A DNA stretch of 63,670 bases, filler included, from Nemertoderma westbladi (GCA_032718475.1; 3 parts of 3 records of this genome joined end to end with filler, not necessarily neighbours in it); one strand, 5' to 3'. Shown: positions 47,951 through 60,210, counted from the first letter of the whole stretch. The notes: generated by a model from the sequence alone, not told the origin. Program-made: numbers and translations.

Positions 47951-48314
47951 ATTTCCAGATTTCTAGAGATACATACACCCATGATACATAATTTTCAATA
48001 TTTACAAACACTGATTAATAAACGTTTCAAGAAGTTCCAACATCAGTCATAATATGCACAATTTATATTATATGTTTTAAAACCAACCCAAAGTATACAG
48101 TTACAAGATTTACGTTAGCCTAGTTCCCTAGTTTGTTAGTTAACGTTGAAGTATTCCAAGACTCGTGTGTGTTTCTGTTTAAAGCTCAAACTCTGTAATC
48201 CGTATGTAGATTTAATAAATGACACAGTTATTAACTCTTGTGGGGCGAGCCACGAAGTTGGCGGAGCCTTAGCGAATTGACACTGTTAGGGGGTGGGTCA
48301 ATTTATGCAAATAG

Positions 48315-48540
<226 letters not shown>

Positions 48541-49545
48541 TACGATTTTGACATGCTAATAACTTTGTCGGATTTAAAGCTGCCAAGTTGAAAATTTGTA
48601 GGTATCAATATGAGCAAAAGTTGAGATTTTTGAGAGACTTTCAGACACCATCAGTGCAATGGTCTCCCGCTAGAGGGCCACATGTCTAAACATTAAATGC
48701 CCTCCCATTTCTTTGCTTTTAATCCGTTTAAGCTGAAACTTGGCAGATATGTATTAGACCATTAGCTGTGACTTTCAAAGGAGGCGAATCCATCTGCAGT
48801 TCTCCAGTCTGCCGCTAGAGGGCCAAAGGTCTGAAAGTGAAATCGTTGTCGTCGTTACGATTTTGACATGCTAATAACTTTGTCGGATTTAAAGCTGCCA
48901 AGTTGAAAATTTGTAGGTATTAATATGAGCAAAAGTTGAGATTTTTGAGAGACTTTCAGACACCATCAGTGCAATGGTCTCCCGCTAGAGGGCCACATGT
49001 CTAAACATTAAATGCCCTCCCATTTCTTTGCTTTTAATCCGTTTAAGCTGAAACTTGGCAGATATGTATTAGACCATTAGCTGTGACTTTCAAAGGAGGC
49101 GAATCCATCTGCAGTTCTCCAGTCTGCCGCTAGAGGGCCAAAGGTCTGAAAGTGAAATCGTTGTCGTCGTTACGATTTTGACATGCTAATAACTTTGTCG
49201 GATTTAAAGCTGCCAAGTTGAAAATTTGTAGGTATCAATATGAGCTAAAGTTGAGATTTTTGAGAGACTTTCAGACACCATCAGTGCAATGGTCTCCCGC
49301 TAGAGGGCCACATGTCTAAACATTAAATGCCCTCCCATTTCTTTGCTTTTAATCCGTTTAAGCTGAAACTTGGCAGATATGTATTAGACCATTAGCTGTG
49401 ACTTTCAAAGGAGGCGAATCCATCTGCAGTTCTCCAGTCTGCCGCTAGAGGGCCAAAGGTCTGAAAGTGAAATCGTTGTCGTCGTTACGATTTTGACATG
49501 CTTATAACTTTGTCGAATTTAAAGCTGCCAAGTTGAAAATTTGTT
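48541..49545. repeat. 315-bp tandem repeat, ~3.2 copies (each a dimer of ~144 + 171 bp subunits)
   Basis: TACGATTTTG at 48541, 48856, 49171 and 49486; CCGCTAGAGGGCCA occurs twice per unit. Confidence 0.95.
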
Positions 49546-49994
49546 TTGTTGAAAATCAGTTCAACAGTCACCCGCTATAGGACTACTTTATGCCTGAAAG
49601 TGAATAGATTCTCCCGTCTCATTGATTTTAATCAGTTTAAGCTGAATCTTGCCATATATTCTGGACCACATGCTGCGTCTTTGTGGGGGGGGGGGGGGGG
49701 GGGAGATTTAATCGGTCTGCCGCTATACGACGAAATTTCTGAAAGTGAGATCCGTCTCTCATTTCGTTATCCGTTATTCAAGATGAAACTTGGCCGATGT
49801 ACGTATGTACTATTCATCCATAGGCTGTGTCTTTGTGGGGCTGGAGACCCTAATCCATCTTCAGTTCTCACTATACCGCTAGAGTCAGAAATGTCTGAAT
49901 AGAAATGAAAGAGGTAAAAAGTGATTAGGCGAAATCTGCTTAAAATTTGCTAATACAGTAATACTTTCGAATTAGTACTTAAATTAAATTTAAG

Positions 49995-51635
49995 TCACGT
50001 GCTGCGCGAAGGCCCCACTTCGTGTATTGTTAGACACCCAGTTTCAATCTCCGATTGGATACATTTTTTACTATAAAGTCCATTCAGCAAGTTTATGAGA
50101 GATGGTATTGGATAGTTTATGGCGGCGGAGTTGAACGCACTTCCCAGCCCCTGATACTTCTGATTTTTGTTTTCCAATAATAGTATCAGTAGGAGTTTTT
50201 GGATACCATTATTTGGACATGATGGAATTCTAATTATCATGGATAAAATTTCACGATATATCATCACTCTGAGCGGCAAAGTATTTAGGAGTTCGTATAT
50301 AACCTGGTTATTTGCATAACGTCCCAAATGGAGTAACTTTCGCAAAATCTTTCTATAGGTTACATCTATTCCTGCAATATCTTGTTTCGACAGTCCACCC
50401 AGATAGAATCGTGTGCTATATAAAATCTTTGGGAGAGCGTATGAAGTCCATAGTTTTGCAATTGTGTTCAAGCTAAACCATTCAGGGGTCCAACTATTCC
50501 GTAGAAACTCGTTCGAGATACCATACAAAATACTATCTATTTCACCCTTTATTTTGTTTGCATTTGAGAATAACTTTACACCAAGGAATTTAATTCGGTC
50601 ACTGGATTTTATTTGTTTCCCAATAATTACAAGTTGATTTGATGACTCTTCTTGCTGTTTTGATATACATATCCATTTGGTTTTTGAACACTCAATATCT
50701 AGGTTAATTTTCGATGCACTTTTCATTAATACGGTGGCGAATCGAGTTATGTCATCTCTGTTTGTTGATATAAGCAGATAATCATCGGCGTAACAAACTG
50801 CTCCTATCCATTCAGAGGCTATATGGCATCCCAGCTGACAGTTCTCCATATCATCCATTATCTCAGAAGTATAAAAATTAAAAAGCAATGGTGACAAAAT
50901 TGATCCTTGTTTTACTCCGTTTGATACTCTGAACCCATTAATATCCACGAGATTATCAAATTTACAGAACATTTCTGTTACTTCATAATAGCTAATTAGC
51001 AGAAGAGTTATATATGGGTCTACGAACTTTGATAGGTTTCTAAATAGTTTCACATGACTGACGCTATCAAATGCCGAAGCTATGTCCATTTGGCATAAAT
51101 ATACTGGGACTTTACGTTTTCGATAATATTCTATACATTCTAGGATTAACGATATTACTAGCTCTGCTCCATTTCTTTTCCTATAAGCCGTCTGTAACCT
51201 ATGAACCTTAAGTTTAGAGTAGGTGGTTATCCTATACGATGTCCCACCCATTCCCCTCCATCTGTTTATGTTTGTCATCTTCTCAATAACCGTATAGACA
51301 CTATCAAAATTATCATCAATATCCTTTGATATGCTCTGATGGTATTCTTGCTCATCCAACCAATGTTCCTGTATTGCTAATACATCCAACTCTGATAGAA
51401 GTTCTTTAAAGTATCCTATATTTCCTATTATACCATGACAGTTCAAGGTTCCAATACGTATTGTATTATTCGATTTTTTGATTCCAATAATGCTACCGCC
51501 CATTTCAGTTTTATTGTCATCTTTGGGCTCCATGATTTGTGTTTTACTATTGTTAGGAGCATTGATATACACCCCTACTTGTTTTGATGTCATCGATTTG
51601 GTAGCCTGAGGTACGGGTGGTTTTTGTACTTCCAT
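49995..51635 (-). CDS. LINE ORF2 with in-frame deletion of most of the endonuclease; RT core intact
   Basis: GTLNCHG..IQEHWL..RGMGG is joined directly to SYR..LQTAY, followed by DIASAFDSV, GVKQGSILSP, YADD and FLG. Confidence 0.85.
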   Translation of the reverse strand: MEVQKPPVPQATKSMTSKQVGVYINAPNNSKTQIMEPKDDNKTEMGGSIIGIKKSNNTIRIGTLNCHGIIGNIGYFKELLSELDVLAIQEHWLDEQEYHQSISKDIDDNFDSVYTVIEKMTNINRWRGMGGTSYRITTYSKLKVHRLQTAYRKRNGAELVISLILECIEYYRKRKVPVYLCQMDIASAFDSVSHVKLFRNLSKFVDPYITLLLISYYEVTEMFCKFDNLVDINGFRVSNGVKQGSILSPLLFNFYTSEIMDDMENCQLGCHIASEWIGAVCYADDYLLISTNRDDITRFATVLMKSASKINLDIECSKTKWICISKQQEESSNQLVIIGKQIKSSDRIKFLGVKLFSNANKIKGEIDSILYGISNEFLRNSWTPEWFSLNTIAKLWTSYALPKILYSTRFYLGGLSKQDIAGIDVTYRKILRKLLHLGRYANNQVIYELLNTLPLRVMIYREILSMIIRIPSCPNNGIQKLLLILLLENKNQKYQGLGSAFNSAAINYPIPSLINLLNGLYSKKCIQSEIETGCLTIHEVGPSRST

Positions 51636-52953
51636 TCACTTGTCTCCGCTGGGTTGTATATACTGGGGAGCTGTAATATCCCCAATATTCAAGTTTTATA
51701 CCGTTCCCAAAGAGTTTACTGGTCATTAGTTTCTCAACGTAGTGATTTCGTACTATGACTATCATATTTTTTGCATCTCTGTATAGCCGAGTGGTTATTC
51801 TATACACTGGTATTCCATTTTCTTCTAGATGATTGACAATGTCCTCCTCGTTGTGCTTCCTATGGATCCCCTTGATAAGTATCGCCCCATATTTTTGAGA
51901 ATCTGCACATATTATTGGGCTGCTACTGTTACTCCGTTTCCTCGTAGTCCTCGAGTGAGTATTTACCAATGAATCCTGGTCTGTTCTATATGTTTTCTTG
52001 GATTCATAATGGTCCACCTGTGCGCTTATTGTTCTGCGTAATGGCGTTTCTTTAACAGTATTGACTTCATTTCTATATTTGCTAGTTAGTGTTGATTTCT
52101 GTCTGTCGGCTTCTAGTGGAGGCTTTGAAGGTGAACATATGGCTTCATCTACAGTTAATATACTTTCATCATCTGTCGAGTGTCCACCGTTAAATGTGTG
52201 TTCTACCTGCAGCTGTTTGTAGCTCTCCACAAACGTTGGTGTGCTATTTATTACTTCTGTAGCATTCGTAACCGGTACTGGTTTAATGATTGCGTGACTG
52301 GAAGTTTCATTTGTAGCTGCATTTCCCAATACTTCATATCTATTACTTATACCGTTTGGTTGGCGATTTCTTTGGCCATTGGAATGGAGTGTTGTAGCTG
52401 ATCGTTTATGTTTCACTTTTCTACAGTTCTTTTTCGGGTTAACCTGTTGGTACCCACTTGATTCCAATGATTCAGAACCCGCTATTTCGTCCACTGTTAT
52501 GAACTCATCGTCATTAGCAGATCTTTCAGCTCCTTTAGTTGATTTCATAGCCATTCCTTGACGTTCAACATTTACTTTGTTATTATCATTTTCTAATAGC
52601 TCTGTATTGGTCGATAAATTGTTGATCTGTTCCTGAAGAATCATTCTAATATGCCGCTCATGTGTGAGCTCGCTATGAAGTATGTCATTGGCCTGTTGTA
52701 TATGGTTGTAATCAGTTTCAAGTTTGCAAATTCTTGTTTGAAGACAGCTGATTGATGTCAGAAATTCTGATCGCAGTTGTGACACCGCATCGCCATTAAT
52801 GGCTGGTTGTTCATATTTGAGCCTCTTTCTGCATTGCTCTGTGAAGCAGTTCTCCATCAGTGCTCGCATGATTTCATATAAGTCAATAGCCATCTCATTC
52901 ATAGAACCTCTCTGCCTCATCTTGAGAGTCATTGCTTGTGTTGGCGACATCAT
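51553..52953 (-). CDS. LINE ORF1 (coiled coil + C-terminal RRM-like region)
   Basis: Heptad-rich N-terminus, NRYEVL motif and ILIKGIHRKHNEEDIVNHL segment; overlaps ORF2 by 83 nt; ~35-bp repeats upstream at 52985-53170. Confidence 0.75.
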   Translation of the reverse strand: MMSPTQAMTLKMRQRGSMNEMAIDLYEIMRALMENCFTEQCRKRLKYEQPAINGDAVSQLRSEFLTSISCLQTRICKLETDYNHIQQANDILHSELTHERHIRMILQEQINNLSTNTELLENDNNKVNVERQGMAMKSTKGAERSANDDEFITVDEIAGSESLESSGYQQVNPKKNCRKVKHKRSATTLHSNGQRNRQPNGISNRYEVLGNAATNETSSHAIIKPVPVTNATEVINSTPTFVESYKQLQVEHTFNGGHSTDDESILTVDEAICSPSKPPLEADRQKSTLTSKYRNEVNTVKETPLRRTISAQVDHYESKKTYRTDQDSLVNTHSRTTRKRSNSSSPIICADSQKYGAILIKGIHRKHNEEDIVNHLEENGIPVYRITTRLYRDAKNMIVIVRNHYVEKLMTSKLFGNGIKLEYWGYYSSPVYTTQRRQVNGSTKTTRTSGYQIDDIKTSRGVYQCS

Positions 52954-54508
52954 CGGTTTAATTCTTTCATATAGCGCCGTTCGTATTAGGACTAGGAATA
53001 GTATTAGGACTATTTATCCATAACAATTATATTTGTATAAGGACTATTTATCCATAACAATTATATTTGTATAAGGACTACCGGTATTTATCCATAATAA
53101 CTATATTAGTATTATAAATGTATTTACCCCACAATATTTATTACTATTAGGTCTATTTATTCAAGAAATTATATGTTTTATATAATATACTTTGGAAAAT
53201 TAGTTGACTAAGTCATTATTTTTAAAACTTTAAATAAGGGTTGAGTTATTTTATAAAGTTAAGAAGAGTGAACCAATAGAGGCAACCTGAAGTCTAATCT
53301 CTTGGCCTTTACTCATAAGACAGCGCATTAACTCCCAAGGTTGCATACTATCACTATTACTGGGAGAGTCAAAGCTAGTGTACACTAGAGTCAGCCAAGA
53401 GCTAGGAAAAAGAATAATGCTCTTCTAGGGTTCGAACTCACGACCTTCTAATTAGAAAACTAAGCAAATGACCAGCTTGAAGGCCTTAGAACCTTAATCT
53501 GAGGCATCGAGCAGCCAATAAGAGAGCAGATGCGAGTACAGTGGTAAAGCCCATCCATGGTGAGATAACGTCACACTAACTCGCAAGGATAGTTATACTC
53601 ACCATTCAAATATCCCTCGCAAACCAGATTCCCCCAGCATCTAAAGTATTCCACTGCAATGCAAAATATATAGTGCTTTAGTTGGATTTGAACCTGTGCT
53701 TGCAAACTCTTTTGTGCTCGTATATTGTAATGGTTACTATATGGTTTTCACTTTGAGACATTTCGCCCTCTAGCGGCAGACTGAGGAACTTCAGGCTACT
53801 CTGTGACTCTGCAAAAGATATAGCCCATATTGTAATAGATACCGACTGGGGGGCCAAAATTAAGTAATAAAATATCTAAATAAGTCTCAAACATCTTGCC
53901 TCATGGCTCGCCCCTTTGAACTCTTAAGCAATATAACTTCATAGTTTTGCGGATTGTAAATAACAAAGCTAGAGAAGATGTTAATTTTCAAATAATACGC
54001 CCTCTAGCGGCAGACAGGGGAACGTCAGACTGCTCTATGACTCCGCAAAAGATATGGCCTATGCCGTAGTAGATGCCTACCGAGTTTAAACCTATTCGGA
54101 ATGAAAATAACAAAGTTAGAGAAGATGTTAATTTTCAGATAATACGCCATCTAGCGGCAGACTATGGAACTGCAGACGGCTGGATATAGGTAAGAGTAAT
54201 TAGAGGTGTCACGAGAGGGGGGCGGGGTGCTTGGATACAACGATTATTAATAAGCTGTTGCTTGGCTAAAGCTAATTGGGGGTCAAAGGTCAACGATAAA
54301 GCTGTCTGGACTAATTAATTGATGACACCTGTCAATTAGGGTCTAATTAGCCTAATTAGGAGGTGTCACCCAGACAGTCTGGCGCCAGTCAGTTAGGTCC
54401 AACTGTCACAAAGCCGCCCAAGACCCTACTACTCCTTTTTAACCGGGTAGTGTACAAATTTAGGAATCGCGTAATTTTTCTTGAAATTAATATCTCATAT
54501 CTCTCCAA

Positions 54509-54551
54509 ACCACGTACGCGTTTCGACCTTACTTGGTCTCATCAGCGTGGT
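54509..54551 (-). ncRNA. Minimal type I hammerhead ribozyme (Penelope/retrozyme type)
   Basis: ACCACG-CUGAUGA-GACC-AAGUAA-GGUC-GAAA-CGCGUA-CGUGGU: complete core, 6-bp stem I, 4-bp stem II, palindromic ACGCGU stem III, GUA cleavage triplet. Confidence 0.85.
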
Positions 54552-54614
54552 GTCGAATTCGAACCTGGGACCTCGAGGTGGAAGCCGAGACTACAACCAC
54601 TAGGCCACAGGTTC
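54552..54614 (-). promoter_or_regulatory. tRNA-like (Gly/Glu-like) SINE head with Pol III A and B boxes
   Basis: A box TGGCCTAGTGG (54607-54597), anticodon-like CTCGG-CTTCCAC-CTCGAG, B box GGTTCGAATTC (54565-54555); T-stem imperfect. Confidence 0.7.
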
Positions 54615-54944
54615 TTGAGATATGGAGTATTCATTTCAAAGCCAGCTGCCATTTTATTAGCCCCTGATTTCTATTATTGATAGTAACAATGTGTTGGCAA
54701 GCTGTTAAAATGTACGCATGTGATGGGATTAGTCCTACAATTGCGCCAATAAGATAAGTTATTTTCGGTAAAATAAACTTATCATTCGAGGTTAAGACCC
54801 CTAGATCCCTTCCTATATTATATTTTTAGAAGATGTCATACAAAAACATCCCAATATATTCAAACTTAGAAGATTATAAAAATTATCGCCAAAGTCACAA
54901 TGAAAGTTTCACCGATCAAGGCTATATATACCCTAAATATACCC

Positions 54945-55016
54945 GCGTATATATCCGCGTGAACGTATATATCCGCGTGAACGTATATATCCGCGTGAAC
55001 GTATATATCCGTTCAC
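54945..55016. repeat. 18-bp tandem repeat, ~3.5 copies
   Basis: CGCGTGAACGTATATATC repeated. Confidence 0.85.
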
Positions 55017-55576
55017 CTCAACGAGTTGGAAAGGAGATAATCAACCAAACCGGCACAGTTACACGTTGTAGTCGTTACACATCGTGTTGTTACACGATGG
55101 TTTCCATCACAAACTATGTCGAAACATGACCCCCTTCCACACAATTACGGAGTAATGTATCTGTAAGTTCTGCATTGCGACAGCAGACAATCGCTACCAT
55201 TGTCTCACCTGCATGGAGTGCCCCACACTAGCCAAACTAGTAAAATGAGACAAACCTGGATCGTACTCTCCTTTCAAGCTTTCAGCTTAAGCGCACATTA
55301 TCTGCCGACACACCGGCGACAGACAGACAGGTATCCGATTAATAAGATGACCCCAGAGCACTTAATGAAACCATATTCACCACCCTCATTGCCCATTGGG
55401 GTGAAAATTATAATTGTTATTTTTATTATATTCTGACAACGTAACAAATAAATTAATATTATAATTAATACAAGGTATTTACAGTTCAGAGAAATATTAA
55501 CAGTTTCTATTAATAAATAGGGCTGCGATTATTTACAATGTAATAGATTTCCCAACATAAATAAACCGACAAACAA

Positions 55577-55720
55577 TTATTGTTTCCACTCTGCCTTCAT
55601 TCTGTTAGCCCGGGTGTCTTGGTACATCATTCATTGGTTGGACATCATGTTTAGGAGAGCCTTGTAGTTCACGTCGAGAACTCTATCCCTGTCCGCATCT
55701 CCGGACCAGATTAACGCCAA
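55577..55720 (-). other. Candidate orphan terminal exon
   Basis: TATTTTCAG acceptor, then LALIWSGDADRDRVLDVNYKALLNMMSNQ*MMYQDTRANRMKAEWKQ*; GC-richer than its flanks. Confidence 0.3.
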
Positions 55721-56078
55721 CTGAAAATATATTTGTATAAGTCAGCGCTTAAACCCATTACTGAGGGAATTAATCAATTTTAGGGTGAAAAATGTACCTC
55801 GCTCACTAACTTCCGTAGAAACTTCATTACAACACCCAACCTCCCTTAATCTCCCGTTCACTACCCCCCAAATCAAATCAAATCAAATCAAATGTTTATT
55901 TTTAAATCTCAATATGTATACAGCACAACGGAACTATACAACAATAAATGCACAATTTATTATATGTAAATATATATGACAGTGTAGTAGTACACGGTCA
56001 AGAATGTACGGTCAATAATGTATTAATATGTGCTGTGCAGTCGACTAGTGCTGTGTGAGTAAATAGCGTTAGCTAGTC

Positions 56079-56178
56079 NNNNNNNNNNNNNNNNNNNNNN
56101 NNNNNNNNNNNNNNNNNNNNNNTTAATTAATTAANNNNNNNNNNNNNNNNNNNNNNNNNNNNNNNNNNNNNNNNNNNN
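56079..56178. other. Artificial contig spacer
   Basis: 44 N + TTAATTAATTAA + 44 N. Confidence 0.97.
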
Positions 56179-56343
56179 TGTATCAGTGACTTTAATTTAC
56201 ATTATAATTCGATTCCTTTAATATATTGTTGTTCTGGATTGCGGTTTTTAATAAAACTATTTATATCAATATTATAGTATTTGTATTTGTTTGTACTAAT
56301 AATTATTGATCTATATGTAAACTTATTATTTTTATATTTTTAG

Positions 56344-56418
56344 GTCACTCTACTAAAGAAGCTTATACAAGGCCGCTACTGCCACTCAGACACACTGCTA
56401 GGGACGAGTTTCTACCAG
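56344..56418 (+). CDS. Candidate 75-nt symmetric internal exon
   Basis: T-rich acceptor TTTTTAG, CAG|GT donor; frame-preserving length (one open reading is HSTKEAYTRPLLPLRHTARDEFLP). Confidence 0.35.
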
Positions 56419-57571
56419 GTTGATATGCCATAGCTGTCGGCGCGATATTACGAATTTATATTAATTATAATTAATTAATTATGGACACAATAATTGTCAT
56501 GTAATCTGCAATCTGTAATCTGCTTGTCATGTACTCTGCAATCTGTAATCTGCTTGTCATGTAAATATCTGGTATGACCTCGTCTTTACTTCGACAGCAG
56601 TCACTGCCATTGCCAGAGCAACCTAGGATTAACTTAAAATATATGGGAACCTATAGAATTTTAATTATTGTAATCCGACGTAACAACTACCTACAGTAAG
56701 TAACACAGAAGTATTGTTATTGAATGAAATGACTGGCGGCCGCATTTGTATAAATAAAGCCCACTGAATGTAAACTGAAACAAGCAGGCTACGGTCGCGT
56801 AGCCCTGATTGAGAGGATTTGCCTACAACTCAACTGTCTCGCCATGCCAATGACCTCTGTGTTTGATTTATACTCGGTCAGCCTATAATATCAATGCAAT
56901 AATATTAGATGGCGAGAGAGGCAACAACGCAATATTTCTAATAAAAATTAGCCTTAAAGAGCTAACATTTAGAATATGGAGAAACTCTATAGTGCTAACA
57001 GTTAGCACTTTACCTTTTTCAATAATTCTGAATCTGGTCGCTAGGGGGCAGTTGTTAAAATTTGTTGCTATTTGACGTTTTTAATTTGTGCTTGCAAAGG
57101 GGTCAAACTGCTAACACTTCGAATAATAATAATTCAATGTCAGCTGATCACATTTAATCAAACATATAATTATTATATAATTATAAATTTATATAATTAT
57201 ATGTCTATAATTAAATAATTATTTTATAATTATTATATAATTCACTGTCTCATTTAAAACTACCTATAATTATCAGTTGAAATAATTCAACTGTTATTTA
57301 AATCGAGCAATAATATCAAGCAAAATAAATCAGCATTCCAAAAATCATTTAAAACGATCAATAATATCACTCGTATTAAATTATTGAATATTGATACTAA
57401 ATGATGCAATAAGTACGTAACAAGAGAGCCATAAAGCTGGCTATAAGAAGACCGTCAGCCCCTAAGAAGGACACGAGTGGGGGGCCTTCGTGCAGCAAGC
57501 CATTTATCGAACAACAATTATAATAATGAAACAGAAAATAAGATTTGAAATAACATTATTATTGTTTAACT

Positions 57572-57694
57572 CCGGAACGTTTCGTATATTACATTATACA
57601 TATCAGCCAAAAAAAACGACTAGGTACAAATTTATCCTACTGTACCTAATGTACCTAGTCGTTTTTTTGGCTGATGATGTATAATGTAATATAC
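57572..57694. repeat. Inverted pair of partial hammerhead motifs (Penelope pLTR-like)
   Basis: Arms 57584-57628 and 57650-57694. The + copy has CTGATGA-TGTATA..TATAC without GAAA; the - copy has CTGATA..TATAC-GAAACGTT. Confidence 0.65.
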
Positions 57695-57915
57695 TTCAAT
57701 TATATTATGACTAGTTATATCTTAGCTTCCTACACCCCCCCCCCCCTCCCCACCCCCCGACACCCCACAGACCCCACCCCCCCACACACATACTTTTAGA
57801 AAACGGCCATAGTAGAATTAACGGCATCCCGAGTCAACCTCAACAACGTAACTCAGTATACATTACTACTACTACTGTACTACTAGGTCGAGCGAACTCG
57901 GACAGTGGAAATGAG

Positions 57916-58410
57916 ATCCTTCCAGGCTTCCCGATTCTCCATTGTTGTCGCAATTTCGTTTCTCCCAAGTTCAGTATCCCTTTCAAGTTGATATATATAT
58001 GTTATGGCCGGTCGTCCACGACTACGCTTTCCATGAGTTGGTTGCCAGAGAAGTATATCTGGTATGACCTCGTCTTTACTTCGACAGCAGTCACTGCCAT
58101 TGCCAGAGCAACCTACAGTAGGATTAACTTAAAATATATGGGAACCTATAGAATTTTAATTATTGTAATCCGACGTAACAACTACCTACAGTAAGTAATC
58201 CTTCCAGGCTTCCCGATTCTCCATTGTTGTCGCAATTTCGTTTCTCCCAAGTTCAGTATCCCTTTCAAGTTGATCTATATATGTTATGGCCGGTCGTCCA
58301 CGACTACGCTTTCCATGAGTTGGTTGCCAGAGAAGTATATCTGGTATGACCTCGTCTTTACTTCGACAGCAGTCACTGCCATTGCCAGAGCAACCTAGGA
58401 TTAACTTAAC
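57916..58410 (-). mobile_element. Tandemly duplicated (282-bp period) 3' fragment of an RTE-clade LINE; third partial copy at 56566-56701
   Basis: LLWQPTHGKRSRGRPAITYIDQLERDT..MENREAW is a typical RTE ORF C-terminus. Confidence 0.75.
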
Positions 58411-58949
58411 ATAAGTTAATGAGAAGGGAGATTGTACAGTATAACAATATTGTAACATTCATAATGCATTTTATATTTATATTTTAACTGTATTCAATTT
58501 CGTTCCTTTAGGACGTTATATTACAAAATAATGTGAACGTCTCAATTTGGTATATTATTCACAACGCCAGCAATTTTTACCTACTGCATTTTGAACGATA
58601 TTTAAGATATTCGCTTAAAAAAAGTACCAAATCTGAAAGATCAATTTCTTTCGTGGACGTCCTGTGCTACCTGGGATACAGTAATTCTTATGTTTTTTGT
58701 CTTTATTCTAGACTATTTAATGTATTATTATTTAGCGGAGTATTTAAATCTCATCATTTTTTTTCTTGATTTCAAGAGTTAAAAAATATAGTAAAAAATT
58801 GTTTTAAAAAAAAATTGTTTTTTATTTTTTATAGAGGAATGTTAATAATGATATATTTATTTCGAACAACGAAGATACTGTATTTTAATGTTTTGATGGT
58901 TTCCTTGACTCCTTGTTACATACAGTCAGTATAATATTTAATGATTTCA

Positions 58950-60099
58950 AGGGGTCATTTCCGCCCGTGGCTACATTTTTGGATTTTTAACGGCTAGAGT
59001 TCCGTACGTGCCAACATTTTCAGTTTGCTCTAAAATGTGTTTAGTTTACTAGCTACTACTTTTTAATGTTAGTGTGAAGTATTCTAGGATATTTCGAATT
59101 ATTTTTTTATTAAATAATGTTCTAGAACATATAATTTTTTGTTATAGAACATTTTAAAAAAAATTTATTATTATTTTTTTTTTATCAATATTTTGTATAA
59201 TTAACATATATCTAGTAATTTTATGTACTCAAGTACAGTAATAATTTACAATTATAGCTAGTAATTTATATCTAGGCCTATAGCTATAGCCTATAGTCTA
59301 TAACCTATAGTCTATAGCCTATAGTCTATAGCCTATAGTCTATAGTTATGCAGTATCTATAGCTAGCCATAGCTAACATTTTAAAAAATGTTATGAAATG
59401 CTATCGTTATTGTTAGTTGTTCATTCCAATTTTTTTAAATTAAACAATAATTTTAATAATTCTTTTTAAAAGAACAAATATTCTAGAATATTTTTTTTCT
59501 CGAAAATTGATAATAAAAATGATCTGGAACATTTGGTGCATGTTCTAGAACATTTAATAAATGGTCTAGATCTCTTGTCAATAGAAAAAAAGCAGGCAAA
59601 ATAGCATAAACAATTTTAAAATTGAACAATTTTTTAAATAATTTTCTTTTTAAGAGTAAGTAATTTATTTTCTCGAAAATTCATAATTAAAATGTTCTTG
59701 AACATTTTTTTAAAGTTCTAGAACACTCAATATACGTTCTAGAACATTTATCAAGAGAAAAACCTGACAAAAAAGCATGAAAATTTGTTGAAAAAGTGTT
59801 GAAAAAAATGTTGGCACATACGGAACTGTTCCCTTTTTAACTTACAGTACTTTTATACTAGCTAGTGGTGTTTCCACTTGTTGTTGTTTTAAATGTTCCA
59901 TAAAATGTTATCTAATGATTAAAATAAAAATGTATGTTCTAGACAAATATTTTTTGTTCTAGCTGAACATACCGGAACAACATGAACTATATTTATATCA
60001 TGATTTTTGATATTTTTTTTATGTAGCCACGACTATACACAAAATACCACCACTATAAATACTCTAAACAAAATGTAGCCACGGGCGGAACTCAAACCT
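58950..60099. mobile_element. Two nested non-autonomous TIR elements (Kolobok-like?)
   Basis: Outer perfect 21-bp IR at 58959-58979 / 60070-60090; inner 22/23 IR at 58998-59020 / 59805-59827. Confidence 0.7.
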
Positions 60100-60210
60100 T
60101 CTTAAGTCTTTAAGGTAATCATAGGCCTATCCCTTTAATTCGTACACTTACTGTTTTACGCTTTTCAGTTTGTTTTACGATGTTTTACGCTCCGTCAACG
60201 TTTAACGTCA

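Noticed and set aside
48020-48050. Third hammerhead (minus strand CTGATGTT..GAAACGTT)
   Set aside because: Core A9 is missing, stem II is weak, and there is no stem I.
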